Shown here: positions 41,451-52,607 of the stretch, in pieces
Numbering within the stretch: position 1 is the stretch's first letter
Layout of the letters: the number at the start of each line of letters is the position of its first letter
From: an uncultured Chloroflexia bacterium
GTDB lineage: Bacteria > Chloroflexota > UBA6077 > JACCZL01
Direction of reading: 5' to 3'
Assembly (NCBI GenBank): GCA_963765765.1
Contig: CAVXYC010000030.1
Coordinates: 224,001-288,000 of the forward strand
DNA: 64,000 bases
Position numbers and translations under genes: made by a program
The notes under the pieces: generated by a model
Database searches by the model: none
Told to the model about the DNA's origin: nothing
Seen by the model: the letters and a program-made list of their open reading frames with translations, nothing else

Positions 41451-43197
41451 ATGACAATCGATCCCAGGTGGCCAACTCACGGTGTATCGTCCGAGCGTAG
41501 GAACCACTACTCATGCTTGCAGCGATTGCGACTCGCCACCGGGCTTGTGCTCTTCACTTACGTGACGAGCCATCTGCTGAATCATTCCCTTGGGCTCATT
41601 TCCATCCAGGCGGCGGAAGCGGGACGGGTGTGGTTCACGGCGGTGTGGCGTCATCCGCTGGGAACGTCACTTCTGTACGGCAGTCTGCTACTCCACATCG
41701 CGCTGGCGCTGGTCGCGATTTACAGGCGGCGTCATTTTCGTGTCCCACGCTGGGAGATTCTCCGATTGGCCCTTGGCCTGGCGATACCGTGGTTTCTCCT
41801 TCAACATGCGTTTGCCACGCGGGCGATCCATGAAGTCTCCGGGATCGATGACAACTACACCCGCCAGGTTGTTTTCTTCTGGATTCTGCAACCACTTCGA
41901 GGGGTTCAGCAGATCGTGCTACTGTCGATCGCCTGGACGCATGGCTGCCTCGGTTTGTACTTCTGGCTTCGGGTAAAGCCCTGGCGGCCGGTCACACTGC
42001 GGGTTCTACGAGTCCTGGCGCTTCTCATCCCGGTGCTTGCAATCGGTGGATTCGTGGATATGGGACAAGAGGTCAGTCAGCTCGCGAGCGACCCCGTCTG
42101 GCTGGAGCGTGCTTTCCCCTCTCCGACGCAGGAAGAAAGCCAGCTTGTCGCTTTCTGGCGAGATCTGGTGACCGGGCTTTTCGCGTTGAGCGTCGCTGCA
42201 ACGTTTATCGCAAGGGAGATCCGACGCCAACGCGAGCAGCGTCGGAACGCCATTGTGATCACCTATCCGAACGGGCAGAGCGTCCGCATCGCCGCCGGTA
42301 TGACACTTCTGGAGGCCAGCCGCTCAGCCCGTATCCCCCACGCCTCGTCTGTGTGGCGGACGGGGCCGCTGCTCCACCTGCCGATCGCGCATCGTTGGGC
42401 CACCCAACGCGGTGCCACCACCATCCGCGGACGAAGCGCGTGTGCTCCGGCGTATCGGCGCGCCGCCTGATGTGCGGCTTGCTTGCCAGGCGCGGCCGGT
42501 GGCTAATATTCGCGCATTCCCACTCCTTCCGCCTACGGGAAGTCTGCCGGGCAACATTCTCCAGCCATCGGAATCCGAAGGAGTGGAGCGTGTCGTCGCG
42601 ATATTATTCGCTGACCTGCGTGGCTTTAGTGGCTTGGCTGAGAAGCGACTGCCATTTGACGTGGTGTTTCTGCTCAACCAGTACTTCGCGGCCATGGGCA
42701 GCGCCATCGACTCTGCGGGAGGCCACCTCGACAAGTTCATTGGGGACGGCCTTATGGCGCTGTTTGGGCTGCACGAATCGGCTGAGCAGGGGTGTCGCCA
42801 TGCTCTGGAGGCGGCTGCGCTGATGTCCAGGGCGCTCGACCACCTCAATGAGTCAATCGCGGACGATTTACGTGAGCCGTTGCGCATGGGCATCGGGATC
42901 CACGTTGGACCGGTCATTGTGGGCGAGCTCGGTTACGGACGTGCGAGATCGATGACTGCCGTTGGCGATGCGGTGAACATCGCCAGCCGTCTGGAGACCC
43001 TCACCAAGGAGTTTGGCGTCCAGGCTGTACTCTCATCGGATGTTGCTGAGCGAGCGGGTGTGGGGCTGCCTGCGCGCGCGCATCACGATGTGCCGATCAT
43101 CGGTCGCACGGAGCCGTTGACCGTGTTTGCAATACCCAACGCGGCGGCGCTTGCCGCCGAGGTCCGCGCGGCTCAAGAGCGGCTCCAACACGTATAG
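41451..43197 (+). CDS. Class III adenylate cyclase with His-containing membrane domain and 2Fe-2S ferredoxin domain (CyaC-like); frameshift near 42352
   Basis: SHLLNH, LLHI, QHA, WTHGC in TM helices; CGGRGRCSTC...RLACQ across the frameshift; FADLRGF, KFIGDG, GDAVNIASRLE. Confidence 0.85.
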
Positions 43198-43258
43198 GGC
43201 GCAATAGGGCAGAATTTACGCAGCCCGTTGGACGTGCTTTCGCGGGCGCATATTACCC

Positions 43259-44278
43259 ATGGCTACACATTGTGTGCTCGGCGTTACAGGCGCCATTGGA
43301 TTCTGGTGTGCGCGGCTCCTGCTGGATCGCGGTGAGCGTGTCATCGCGCTCGCGCGCGATCCTGATCGCGCTCGGGAGCGATTCTTACCGAGCGATGCTG
43401 AGCGACTGGAGATCATCTCGGGCGATGCGCTCGACGTCGACGCCTTGAGACGCGCCGCGAACGGCTCTTCCACGCTGATCCACGCGGTGAATGTGCCATT
43501 GGGAGCGTGGGAAGATCCGACGCGCGGGCGGGCGGCGCTGATGCAGGCGTCCATCGATGCAGCTGTCGATACCGGTGCGCGGGTTCTCTTTCCAGCCAAC
43601 GTGTGGGTCTACGGACACACCTATGTACCGCTGCTCTTCGAAGGACATCCGTTCGCGGCGGATACGGCCAAGGGGCGCACCGCGGTCAAGCTAGAATCAA
43701 TGCTTGCTCAGGCGCATCGAGAGCGCGGGCTTCACTACAGCATCGTGAGATTGCCCGACGTTTACGGGCCGTTTGTCGCCAGTGCGCTGTACCGCTCGGT
43801 CTTTGAGCATGCAATGAGCGGCTCCACCCTTACCTGGTATGGATCGCTCGACACTCCACTCGAAGTCGTCTACGTAGCCGACGCGGCGGGTGCATTGCTT
43901 CAGGTCGGTATGGACCCTGAGACCGATGGTCGGGCGTTCAATCTCCCGGGACCAGAAGAGACCACCGCGCGCAAATGGCTCACACTGCTCGCTGATACCG
44001 CCGGGACGCGTGCCCATCCAAGAGCGATTCCCTCCCCCATCATTGCGATCGCAGGTTGGTTCAATCACGAAGCGCACGAGATGCATGAGCTGCTCTATCT
44101 CAAGACGCGTCGACTGATCCTGGAGGGCCGCCGCTACACGGACCGCTACGGCAGCTACCCGGCCACGCCGTACGACGAAGGGATTCGTAAGACGCTCGAG
44201 TGGTATCGGGCAGGATGCCCGGCGATGGGCTCGGCTTCTGAACTGGCCGACGCCCCTCGCCGCTCTAGCGAGCCCTGA
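43259..44278 (+). CDS. NAD-dependent epimerase/dehydratase family
   Basis: LGVTGAIG, NVWVYG, RLPDVYGP. Confidence 0.85.
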   Translation: MATHCVLGVTGAIGFWCARLLLDRGERVIALARDPDRARERFLPSDAERLEIISGDALDVDALRRAANGSSTLIHAVNVPLGAWEDPTRGRAALMQASIDAAVDTGARVLFPANVWVYGHTYVPLLFEGHPFAADTAKGRTAVKLESMLAQAHRERGLHYSIVRLPDVYGPFVASALYRSVFEHAMSGSTLTWYGSLDTPLEVVYVADAAGALLQVGMDPETDGRAFNLPGPEETTARKWLTLLADTAGTRAHPRAIPSPIIAIAGWFNHEAHEMHELLYLKTRRLILEGRRYTDRYGSYPATPYDEGIRKTLEWYRAGCPAMGSASELADAPRRSSEP

Positions 44279-44289
44279 TCGGGCAATAA

Positions 44290-44618
44290 TCAGCCTCCAG
44301 CCGAAAAGGCACGGGGATTGGCGATTCAGGAGGACGGAAGGCTTGTGCCTGCCGGCTATAGCAGCGAGGATAACGGCGCCACAAGGTTGCGCGGTCGCCC
44401 GCTACCAAACGGACGGGAGTCTGGATCCGAGCTTCTCCGACGACGGGAAGAAACTGACAGAGTTCCGTGGCGACGATGGCGGTGCATATACGGTCGTCAT
44501 TCAAGAGAATGGCAAGGCCGTGGCCGCCGGCTATATCTATGCCGATAAGGATAGAGATTTCGCTCTAGCCCGCTACAAGCCCGACTCGGGGGTCTGGCGC
44601 AATCTCTGTCAGGCATGA
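44290..44618 (+). pseudogene. Delta-60-repeat beta-propeller fragment
   Basis: AIQEDGRLV, VARYQTDGSLDPSFSDDG, IQENGKAVAAG, DFALARY across two frames. Confidence 0.65.
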
Positions 44619-44633
44619 GCGGTGCGAGATCAC

Positions 44634-45746
44634 TCATGCCTGGAAGGGCAGGTCATAGAGCTCGATAACGTTTTTCACGGTCATCTCGTGGCGCTCTTCG
44701 GGCGTGCATTCCGCGAGAATGCGGTTCAGCACTTCCTGGGAGTGCGGAAACACGGAATCACCATGAGGGTAGTCACTGCCCCAGAGCAGGGTGCTGGTAC
44801 CGGAGTAGTCGCGAGTCTTGATGCCGATCTCGTCGTCTTCAAATGTGACGCGGAAGTTTTGCTTCCAGTAGTCGCTCGGTTTTCTCGGCATTGCGCCCGG
44901 GGCGCGGATCCCGCCCTGACGATGGTAGGACCAGTCCAGCCGCTTGAGTGTGATGCCCAGCCAGCCGGTCTCGAACTCGGTGATCACGAAACGCAGGTCC
45001 GGATAGCGCTCGCACACGCCGGATTGGATCAGGTCGGCGATGCTAAAGATCACGCCGGCAAAGGCCAGGGCGCTGCCGGCCTGACGATGAGGAAGCCCGT
45101 GGTTCGCCGTGGCCCCGGTGAAGATGTGCATGGTGAGCGGCATCTTCATTGCCTGGGCGGCGTCCCAGAACCGGTCGTACCACGGGTCGCTGTACGGGTG
45201 TTCCGGAGGCGCGGTGGCTGGGATGCACACTCCCACGTGTCCCAGCTTCTTCGCTCGCTCCATCTCTGCGATGGCGGTGTCAAGATCGCGAAGCTGAATG
45301 GCCGCAAGCCCGAAGAGCCGATCCGGCGCGTCGGAGCAATACTCCGAGACCCAGTCGTTGTAGCACTGGAACGCGGTATTTACGATCTCAAGGTCATCGA
45401 TCTGGTAGACGTTGAAGAGCACGCTGGGGTACATGACTTCGGCGTCGATGGCGTCACGCTCCTGGTCTTCCAGCCGCGCCTTGATGTCGTACACGCCGGG
45501 GCGAGCCAGCTTGTAGCCCTGCTTGAGCATCTCACGGGAATCTTCACGGCTGAAGTCGAAATCGGCTTGCAAGAAGCCCGCGATTGAGAGCCCGAGTCGC
45601 CCGTCGCCGAGGTTCAGCACTGGGCCGCGGTCTTCTGACTCGACCACGCGAGGAGCGCGATCGCCGAAGCGCTTTTGTAGTGGGCTGAACAGCTCGGGCG
45701 GCTCCACCACGTGAGAGTCCGCGGAAATACACGTCGCCTTTTTCAT
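44634..45746 (-). CDS. Amidohydrolase_2 family protein
   Basis: ISADSHVVE, LTMH, LWGSDYPH. Confidence 0.92.
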   Translation of the reverse strand: MKKATCISADSHVVEPPELFSPLQKRFGDRAPRVVESEDRGPVLNLGDGRLGLSIAGFLQADFDFSREDSREMLKQGYKLARPGVYDIKARLEDQERDAIDAEVMYPSVLFNVYQIDDLEIVNTAFQCYNDWVSEYCSDAPDRLFGLAAIQLRDLDTAIAEMERAKKLGHVGVCIPATAPPEHPYSDPWYDRFWDAAQAMKMPLTMHIFTGATANHGLPHRQAGSALAFAGVIFSIADLIQSGVCERYPDLRFVITEFETGWLGITLKRLDWSYHRQGGIRAPGAMPRKPSDYWKQNFRVTFEDDEIGIKTRDYSGTSTLLWGSDYPHGDSVFPHSQEVLNRILAECTPEERHEMTVKNVIELYDLPFQA

Positions 45747-45788
45747 CGCGTCACCATACTCCTCATCGAGTTGAATCTGTGAATGCGG

Positions 45789-46828
45789 TCAACGAATACC
45801 TACAGGAGCCGGCAGGCCATAGAACCGCAGGGCGTTCTCACTCAGGATTTTTTGCTTGAGTGACGCTGTGAGGTCGTCACGCTCCATCAGCTCCGAGACG
45901 GTGTGCGGCCACTCTGAATCCCAGTGCGGATAGTCCGATGCGTACAGGAGCTGATCCTCACCCACCCAGGAGGCTACAAAGGGGATGGTCTTCTCCTCAG
46001 GCTCGCACGCGAAGTACGCCCGGCCGCAGGTCATGTACTCGCTGGGCTTGGACTTGCAGCGCGGCGCGTCGAACGGGCGCTTCTCAAACTCCCCATCCAT
46101 GTGCTCCATCCAGAACGGCACCCAGCCGGCGCCGCTCTCCATGAATCCAACACGCAGGCGTAGGGAACTACCTCGAATAGCCCGCCCAGTACCGCGGTTG
46201 TCACGGAGATCATCTGCTCCGGCACGTGCGTCCAGATGTGCACACCCAGGAAGTTATTGAACCGACCCACGTCACTGGTTTCAGAGCCTGTGGCGTGGAA
46301 CGCCACGGGAACGCCCAGCTTCTCCGCCTCGCCGTAAAGCGGGAAGAGTGCCTCGTCGGCGATGGTACGCCCGGGGATCCAGCTCGGGATCATCAGCCCC
46401 ACCAGTCCGAGCTCGGAAACCGCGCGATCGAGCTCGCGGCAAGCCGCGGTGACGTCCTGCGTGGGCACCAGCGCCACTCCCTTGAGCCGATCCGGCGCTT
46501 GACTGCACCAATTGGAGACGAAGGCGTTGTAAGCGCGGCACATGTCGGCTTGCCGCTCGGCATCACGGATCTGCGCTATTCCGAGCCCCAGAGTGGGATA
46601 GATGATGGCCAGATCGATGCCCTCCTGGTCATAGTCGGACAGCATCTCCGCGGGGGTCTTCGGATCGGCGCCCATGTCCCCACCTGGATATTGGCGGCGA
46701 TCCCAGCCCTGATTGGGGAAGGTGATCCGTCGGCCGTGCGGGGTGGGCGGCAAGTTCGGCTCGTAGCATCGATCCCAGAAATCCATGACGTGACCATCCG
46801 CGTCCACCACAAATATTCCGTCGCGCAT
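45789..46828 (-). CDS. Amidohydrolase_2 family protein; frameshift near 46165
   Basis: VDADGH, VAFH, ESGAGW, YASDYPHWD. Confidence 0.88.
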
Positions 46829-46852
46829 CGGTTCCCTCCCGTCGTTGCTTGC

Positions 46853-48581
46853 CTACACGGCCCGATTCGCGGAATCGCGGCCCATCATCATCCGAGCGAC
46901 CGCGTAGCCGACGATGACTACGCCCGTCTGGATGAGAGCTAGCACAATGGCCAGTCCTTGATTCCCGCCCACCGCCCAGCCAAAGATCTCCACCGAGAGG
47001 GTGCGTGTTCCAGGACCAGCCAGGAGCAGGATGGTGTCCAGCACGCGGACCGCGATGACGAACTGGAGAATCCAATTGCCGATGACCGCCGGCCGCAGCA
47101 ACGGCGCCCATATACGAACGAGCGTGCGAGTCCACGAGGCTCCGTGAATGCGGGCCGACTCCTCGAGCTCCGCGCCAATCTGCATCATGGTCGGGGCGAA
47201 AAAGCTCCGTCCCAATGGCAGGCCTCGGGCGACAAAGGCAAGGACCAGGATGCCCAGCGTTCCGTAGATTGGAAAGTACACGAACGCCCACAGGAACCCC
47301 AGGGCAAAGACCATCCCGGGTACCGCCCACGGCGTCCAGGCCAGGAGATCGAGCACTTTGCGCCCACCCCAGCGCGTACGGGTGACGATGTAGCAGACCA
47401 TCGCGCTCAGGGCCACACCGATCGTTGCCGCCAGGAGCCCCATCGTGACGGTGTTCTGGATGGCAGTGATCACCGCGCTCCGTCGGAGCGCCTCCGTCCA
47501 GTGGTCGGTGGTGAATACGTCTAGCCGGACCATGCTCGGGCACCGGGGAGAACGACTGCACCACGAGCACGGCAAAGGGGAAAATGCCGAAGACCAGGAA
47601 GAAGCCAAAGATAAGGCCGAAGGTGACCCAGCGCCATGGCCCGATGTCCAGAGGTCGGGCTTGAAACGCTCGGCCAGAGACCGTGGTGTACAGCTTGCCG
47701 CTCAGCAGCTTCCACTGCACCACAATCAGGCCAAACGTCAGCACCATTAGCAGCAGCGAGAGTGCTGAGGCGGGTCCGTACAGGTTTTTCCCGCCGTAGA
47801 GGTTGTCGTAAATTTTTGTCGTAAATACGAGAATTCCCGGCCGGGTCCCCAGGAGCTGCTCCATCTCGAACGACTCCATGGCTCGTACGAACGAGATGAT
47901 CCACGCGCCGAGAAGGGCCGGCATGAGCAGCGGAATGTCCACGCGCAGAATGGTGCGCCAACCGCTCGCGCCGCACATCCGCGCCGAGTCCTCGAGTGAC
48001 GCGTCCATCTTCATGAAGGCGGGATAAACAAACAGGAATAGCACCGGCGCGGAGCGGACAGCTCCCAATATGATGAGCCCCCACACGGAATAGACGTTGA
48101 TAAGGTCGCCGCCCAGTATCGGACCGGCCCATTGATTGATCAGGCCACCGCGGGGAGCTCCCAGTAGCATCCAGGCCAGAACCCACGGGAGATCCGGAAG
48201 GAAGAACATGAACGCGAGTGTGGCTTCCAGGAAGCCTCGTCCCGGTGTGTTGGTGCGGGCGATGATCCACGCGAACGTCGTAGCGATCGCCAGACCGAGC
48301 AACGCTCGGGGCGCGGCGATCGTTATCGTATTTAGAAACACCCGGAAGGTGCTCGGGTCACTGATGACCGTCATCAGATTGTTGAGAGTTAGCGAGCCGG
48401 CGCTCCCCGGCGGGCCGTCTTTCAAGGCCCCATAGATGATCATCGCCATGGGGTAAGCGACCAGGATCGTCAGGACGACGAGCAAGATCGCCGGAAGGAC
48501 ATTTGCCGGACTGGCCAGGTGCGCCAAGCCGGTCGGAATGGTGTGCCGGCGGATAGGGCGCGCGGAGACTTCAGCGGCCAT
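46853..48581 (-). CDS. FbpB-like double-domain ABC permease; frameshift near 47545
   Basis: Two EAA loops (LEDSARMCGA, LEESARIHGA). Confidence 0.88.
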
Positions 48582-48662
48582 GGTACGAGACGTTGCCCCC
48601 CGCCGCTGCTGGCACAGGCAGGTATTGAATCCGTGGGGCAATCCTGTCTAGTTGCGTGCACG

Positions 48663-48775
48663 AGAGGACCCCACCCCGGCCCTCCCCGCTGCGGCAGGGA
48701 GGGAGCCGGATTCTCCATTTCCTCTGAACACGCTCCCTCCCTGCCGCAGCGGGGGAGGGCCGGGTGGGGTCCTCT
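48663..48775. repeat. Roughly 44-bp inverted doublet, family E, inside the ABC operon
   Basis: Arms at 48663-48706 and 48732-48775 differ only in homopolymer length. Confidence 0.88.
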
Positions 48776-48894
48776 GGCGACCGCCTCTGGTTCGGAACGG
48801 GAGGTACCTACCTCCCTGAGCTCTCTCCCTGGGCGAGCCAGCGGGTCGAGCGGAAGCCCACCCGAGACGGACGAGCCTCATCGCAACACAGCCA

Positions 48895-50104
48895 TCATTT
48901 CAGCCCGAATTCGGGAAGCAGCGCGGCGGTCTTCTCGCCGTAGACGAAGTACTTCCGATTACCCACCTGGAAGTCGTAGCTATTTGGGTTCTCGTGGAAG
49001 AACTTGATGTCCGGGCTGATCTGCGGAGCCAGGTCGGGGATCGCCGGCTGAACGTCTCGGCGGATGAAGGAGCCGCCGGGATACCCCGCCAGGATCTGTT
49101 GCGCTTCCTGGGTGAGGGTGTAGTTCATGTAGACCCTGGCCGCGTTCGGGTGGGGCGCACCTTTCGGGATGCACCACGAGCCCGTGGAGCTCATGTACCC
49201 GTCCGACGGCTTCACGAGAGAGACGGGGCGTGGCTCCGGCAATTTAAAGAGGTCCACAAGAGCCGTTGCGTTGGCCATGATGTAGATGCCGTACACACCC
49301 TGCATCGTCTGGTTCATGGCCTCCGGGCCGTTGCGTGAAAGCGCTTTCACGTTGGCCAGCGTGTCGCGGACATATTGCTCGCCGTAGATATCCCATGAGC
49401 TGGAGGCCCACAGCGTCCCGAAGGAGACCGGGCCGGGCTCGTCCAGGACGATCATCCCCTTATAGCGGGGGTCGGTCAGGTCCCTGTAGCTCTTGGGCTG
49501 CTGATCGGGTGGGATCAGCCTGTTGTTCACGGGGATGAACCAGATACCGTTGGTGCGCGTCAGGGTGTCACCTCGGCCCTGCTTCGAGTCGCCAATGGGA
49601 TCGAAGATCCATGGCACGCCAGGGCTCTTCGGCCGCCGGCAGGCGACCATGGGTTCCGAGAAAGCCTTGCTGGGCTAGATCCCGACACTCTGCGCTCGAG
49701 GAGCTGCGGATATCCACGCCGATCTTGTTCGCCGCGGCCTCGGCCTGATAGCGGGCAAAAAAGTCGCCGCTCCGCTGCACGGTCTCTTCAACCTTGATCC
49801 CGTAGTTCTGCTCGAATTGCTTGTTGAGCAGCTCCTCGCCGCCGATGGACGGGCTGAAGGCACTCTTGACCACGGTGCCTTCCTTCTTCGCCTCGGCAAC
49901 GATGGCGTCCCAGGCCGCGTCGCCGGAAACGGGCTGCCCGGCAGACGGCTCGGCGGGCTTCGCGGCCTGTGCAGGCGCGGACGTGGATTTAGCGGTTTCA
50001 GTCTTCGCTGTGGGTGCAGTAGATTGCGCGGGTGTGCAGGCGGCCAGCGCCAGCGACACGCTCATGCACGCGAGAACCATGCGTGGTGATCCAGGACCGG
50101 TCAT
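48895..50104 (-). CDS. ABC substrate-binding lipoprotein (AfuA/FbpA-like class); frameshift near 49625
   Basis: Lipobox LAAC, EAKKEGTV, PKSYRDLTDPRYKG, APHPNAARVY. Confidence 0.85.
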
Positions 50105-50365
50105 TCGATACCTCCCACCGAGGCCCCGCGACCTTTAGCAGGCGCGAGCACTCCAACGCGAGCGCGATCAGAACCGGCGTGAAGAGGAGCGGCAGCACAT
50201 CGGCCGCATTCCAGGAGGCACCCCATCCTGACCTATTCAGACCACGCGGGCGACCAGTTTCTCCCAGCCACCTTACGTTTCGATTTCCTGGGCAAGCAAT
50301 GGTCATTCTGCTATTAGTTGAGTAATCCTGGGTTATCAAATCGCGGTTCGAGGGCCGAGTCGAGC

Positions 50366-51337
50366 ATGCATGCCAGCTCCGCGTCCATCACGTATCAGCA
50401 GCTCCGCGTCTTTGCCGCGGTTGCCGAGCTGCGCAGCTTCCATCGTGCCGCCAGCGCGTTGCTGCTGACCGAGCCGGCCGTATCCAACCACGTTCGGCAT
50501 CTCGAGCAGGTGGTGGGCGCGCAGCTGATCGTCCGATCTCGCGGGCGCCGCTCGGTGGAGCTCACGGGTGCCGGGACGATGCTGCTCAAGACGTGCGGAT
50601 CACTCTTTACAACCCTCGACTCCGCGCTCGTGGCGATTCGAGAGCGTCACGGTCCCAACCCATCGACCATTGCCATCGGTACGGGTCCCAACTTCGGAAG
50701 CAGCTCGCTTCCACCGCTGATTGACTCCTTCCGCGAGGATCACCCGGGAGTAGACTTCATGATCGAGGTCGGTGCTAGCCAGCATCTGGTGAAGCTGCTG
50801 GAGCGCGGTCAGATTCACCTGGCAGTCGTGGCCTCGCCTGAGGCACGTTTGAGCCTTGCGTGTGAGCCGTATTTCGCGTACGAAGTACACCTCGTTGGAC
50901 CGGCCGGACATCGCCTTGCTCAGGGCGGTCCACACCCTCTCAATGAGCTGGCTCAGGAGAGCTACATCGAGCCGGACGAGCCAATGGCGCGGCGCTTCGG
51001 GATTGAGGAGATGGCCGCCGCGGCTGGGGTTCGGATGCACGTGGTGATGTCCGGAGGCGACGTTCATGTGCGCGTCCAGGCAGTGGCAAATGGGCTCGGG
51101 ATCACCCCCGTAGACCTGGCAACCGCTGTGCCCAGCGGTCCACTGAGCGAAGCGATGCGCTCGCGTATCGCTGTCCTGAAGGTCGAGGGCTTTCCGCTAC
51201 GCCTAGAACGTTGGCTGTACTATCGCCGCGGGGAATTGCCTGGCGTAGTGGCCGAGTTCCGTGATCACCTGCTGCGTCATCGAGAGTCGCTGGAATTGGC
51301 GCTCGCGACGGTGCCGCAGCCAGCGGCTACAGCTTGA
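50366..51337 (+). CDS. LysR-family transcriptional regulator
   Basis: QLRVFAAVAELRSFHRAASALLLTEPAVSNHVRHLE HTH; divergent from the ABC operon. Confidence 0.92.
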   Translation: MHASSASITYQQLRVFAAVAELRSFHRAASALLLTEPAVSNHVRHLEQVVGAQLIVRSRGRRSVELTGAGTMLLKTCGSLFTTLDSALVAIRERHGPNPSTIAIGTGPNFGSSSLPPLIDSFREDHPGVDFMIEVGASQHLVKLLERGQIHLAVVASPEARLSLACEPYFAYEVHLVGPAGHRLAQGGPHPLNELAQESYIEPDEPMARRFGIEEMAAAAGVRMHVVMSGGDVHVRVQAVANGLGITPVDLATAVPSGPLSEAMRSRIAVLKVEGFPLRLERWLYYRRGELPGVVAEFRDHLLRHRESLELALATVPQPAATA

Positions 51338-51460
51338 CCGTGCCGAGCGCGAAATGCCCAGCGCAGGAACGTCCGTCTCGGTAATGGATTCCTTGACCGC
51401 TTGCCACGCGGGCGGACTACACTGGACTGCTGCACCGAAATCTCGCATCGAGGGAATCGA

Positions 51461-52567
51461 GTGAAAGCCGTCAAGGTTACCAATCTCACGAAACGGTTCG
51501 GCAGCGTCACGGCCGTCAACAGCGTCAGCTTCGAGATCGAAGCCGGTGAGTTCGTGACACTGCTCGGCCCCAGCGGCTGCGGCAAGACCACGACACTGCG
51601 CATGGTCGCAGGGCTAGAGCGCCCGGACGCGGGAACCATCCAGGTAGGCGAGCGCGTGTTGACCGACGTGGAACACGGCATCGCAACCGCGCCGGAGAAG
51701 CGCGGCATGGGCATGGTGTTCCAGAGCTATGCCATCTGGCCTCATATGACCGTGTTTCAGAACGTCGCGTTTCCGCTGGAGGAGAAGAAGCTTTCCAGCT
51801 CGGAGATCCGCGAGCGAGTGATGGCCATTCTGGAGACAGTTGGCCTCGGCGGTTTCCACAGTCGACCCGCGCCCCTGCTGTCTGGCGGGCAGCAACAGCG
51901 CGTGGCGCTCGCCCGCGCACTCGTCTCGAATCCGGACGTATTGCTGCTGGACGAGCCACTCTCAAACCTGGACGCGCGGCTGCGTGAGGAGATGCGCTTT
52001 GAGCTGCGCGAGACGCAAGCGCGGCTCGGGATTACCAGCCTGTTCGTAACACACGACCAGGTCGAGGCCATGACGCTTTCGGACCACATGATTGTGATGA
52101 ACCACGGCGACATCGAGCGCCAGGGCCGACCGCGCGAGGTCTACGATGAGCCGCGCACGCAGTTCGTGATGGATTTCCTGGGACAGGTGAATCACGTGCC
52201 GGCGCGCGTGCAGAGCAATAAAACCGACGCCTCGTACGCCATTGTGAGCGGCACTGAGTCCGCGTTGCGGGTGCCAATCAACGGGACACACTGCGAGGAT
52301 GGCGAGGACGTGACTCTGGCGTTCCGCGCGGAGGATGCTCGAGTCGTGGACTCCGACGTGCTCGGTGCCTGGCAGGGCACCGTGCGGTCCATCATCTACA
52401 TGGGCTCTCACAATGAGTACACGGTGGACCTCGGAGGCGCGCTCATACGCGTCCTGGGCGACGTGGATGATCACGTCGCGAGCGGTTCACCGATTTACAT
52501 TCGCGTAGACTCCTCTCGCCTACGCGTATTCCCACGCGGCCAGAGCCTGGTCGGATCCGCGTCCTGA
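51461..52567 (+). CDS. FbpC/PotA-like ABC ATPase with TOBE domain
   Basis: GPSGCGKTT, LSGGQQQR, LLLDEPLSNLD. Confidence 0.95.
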   Translation: MKAVKVTNLTKRFGSVTAVNSVSFEIEAGEFVTLLGPSGCGKTTTLRMVAGLERPDAGTIQVGERVLTDVEHGIATAPEKRGMGMVFQSYAIWPHMTVFQNVAFPLEEKKLSSSEIRERVMAILETVGLGGFHSRPAPLLSGGQQQRVALARALVSNPDVLLLDEPLSNLDARLREEMRFELRETQARLGITSLFVTHDQVEAMTLSDHMIVMNHGDIERQGRPREVYDEPRTQFVMDFLGQVNHVPARVQSNKTDASYAIVSGTESALRVPINGTHCEDGEDVTLAFRAEDARVVDSDVLGAWQGTVRSIIYMGSHNEYTVDLGGALIRVLGDVDDHVASGSPIYIRVDSSRLRVFPRGQSLVGSAS

Positions 52568-52607
52568 CCAGCCCCGATCGATTTCCAGTACGGGGGTATC
52601 CGTCTCT

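Noticed and set aside
44622-45587. Long antisense ORFs (44622-45587, 59495-60478, 32414-33184 and others)
   Set aside because: Shadow frames of high-GC genes with no recognisable motifs.
10606-50104. About a dozen frameshifted genes (nnrD, two amidohydrolases, kinase, htrA, ggt, adaptor, ABC ATPase, cyclase, permease, SBP) as programmed frameshifting or mass pseudogenisation
   Set aside because: They are single-base indels in GC-rich tracts with no shared slippery motif and otherwise intact motifs, which fits long-read consensus error. Read polishing is needed to confirm.
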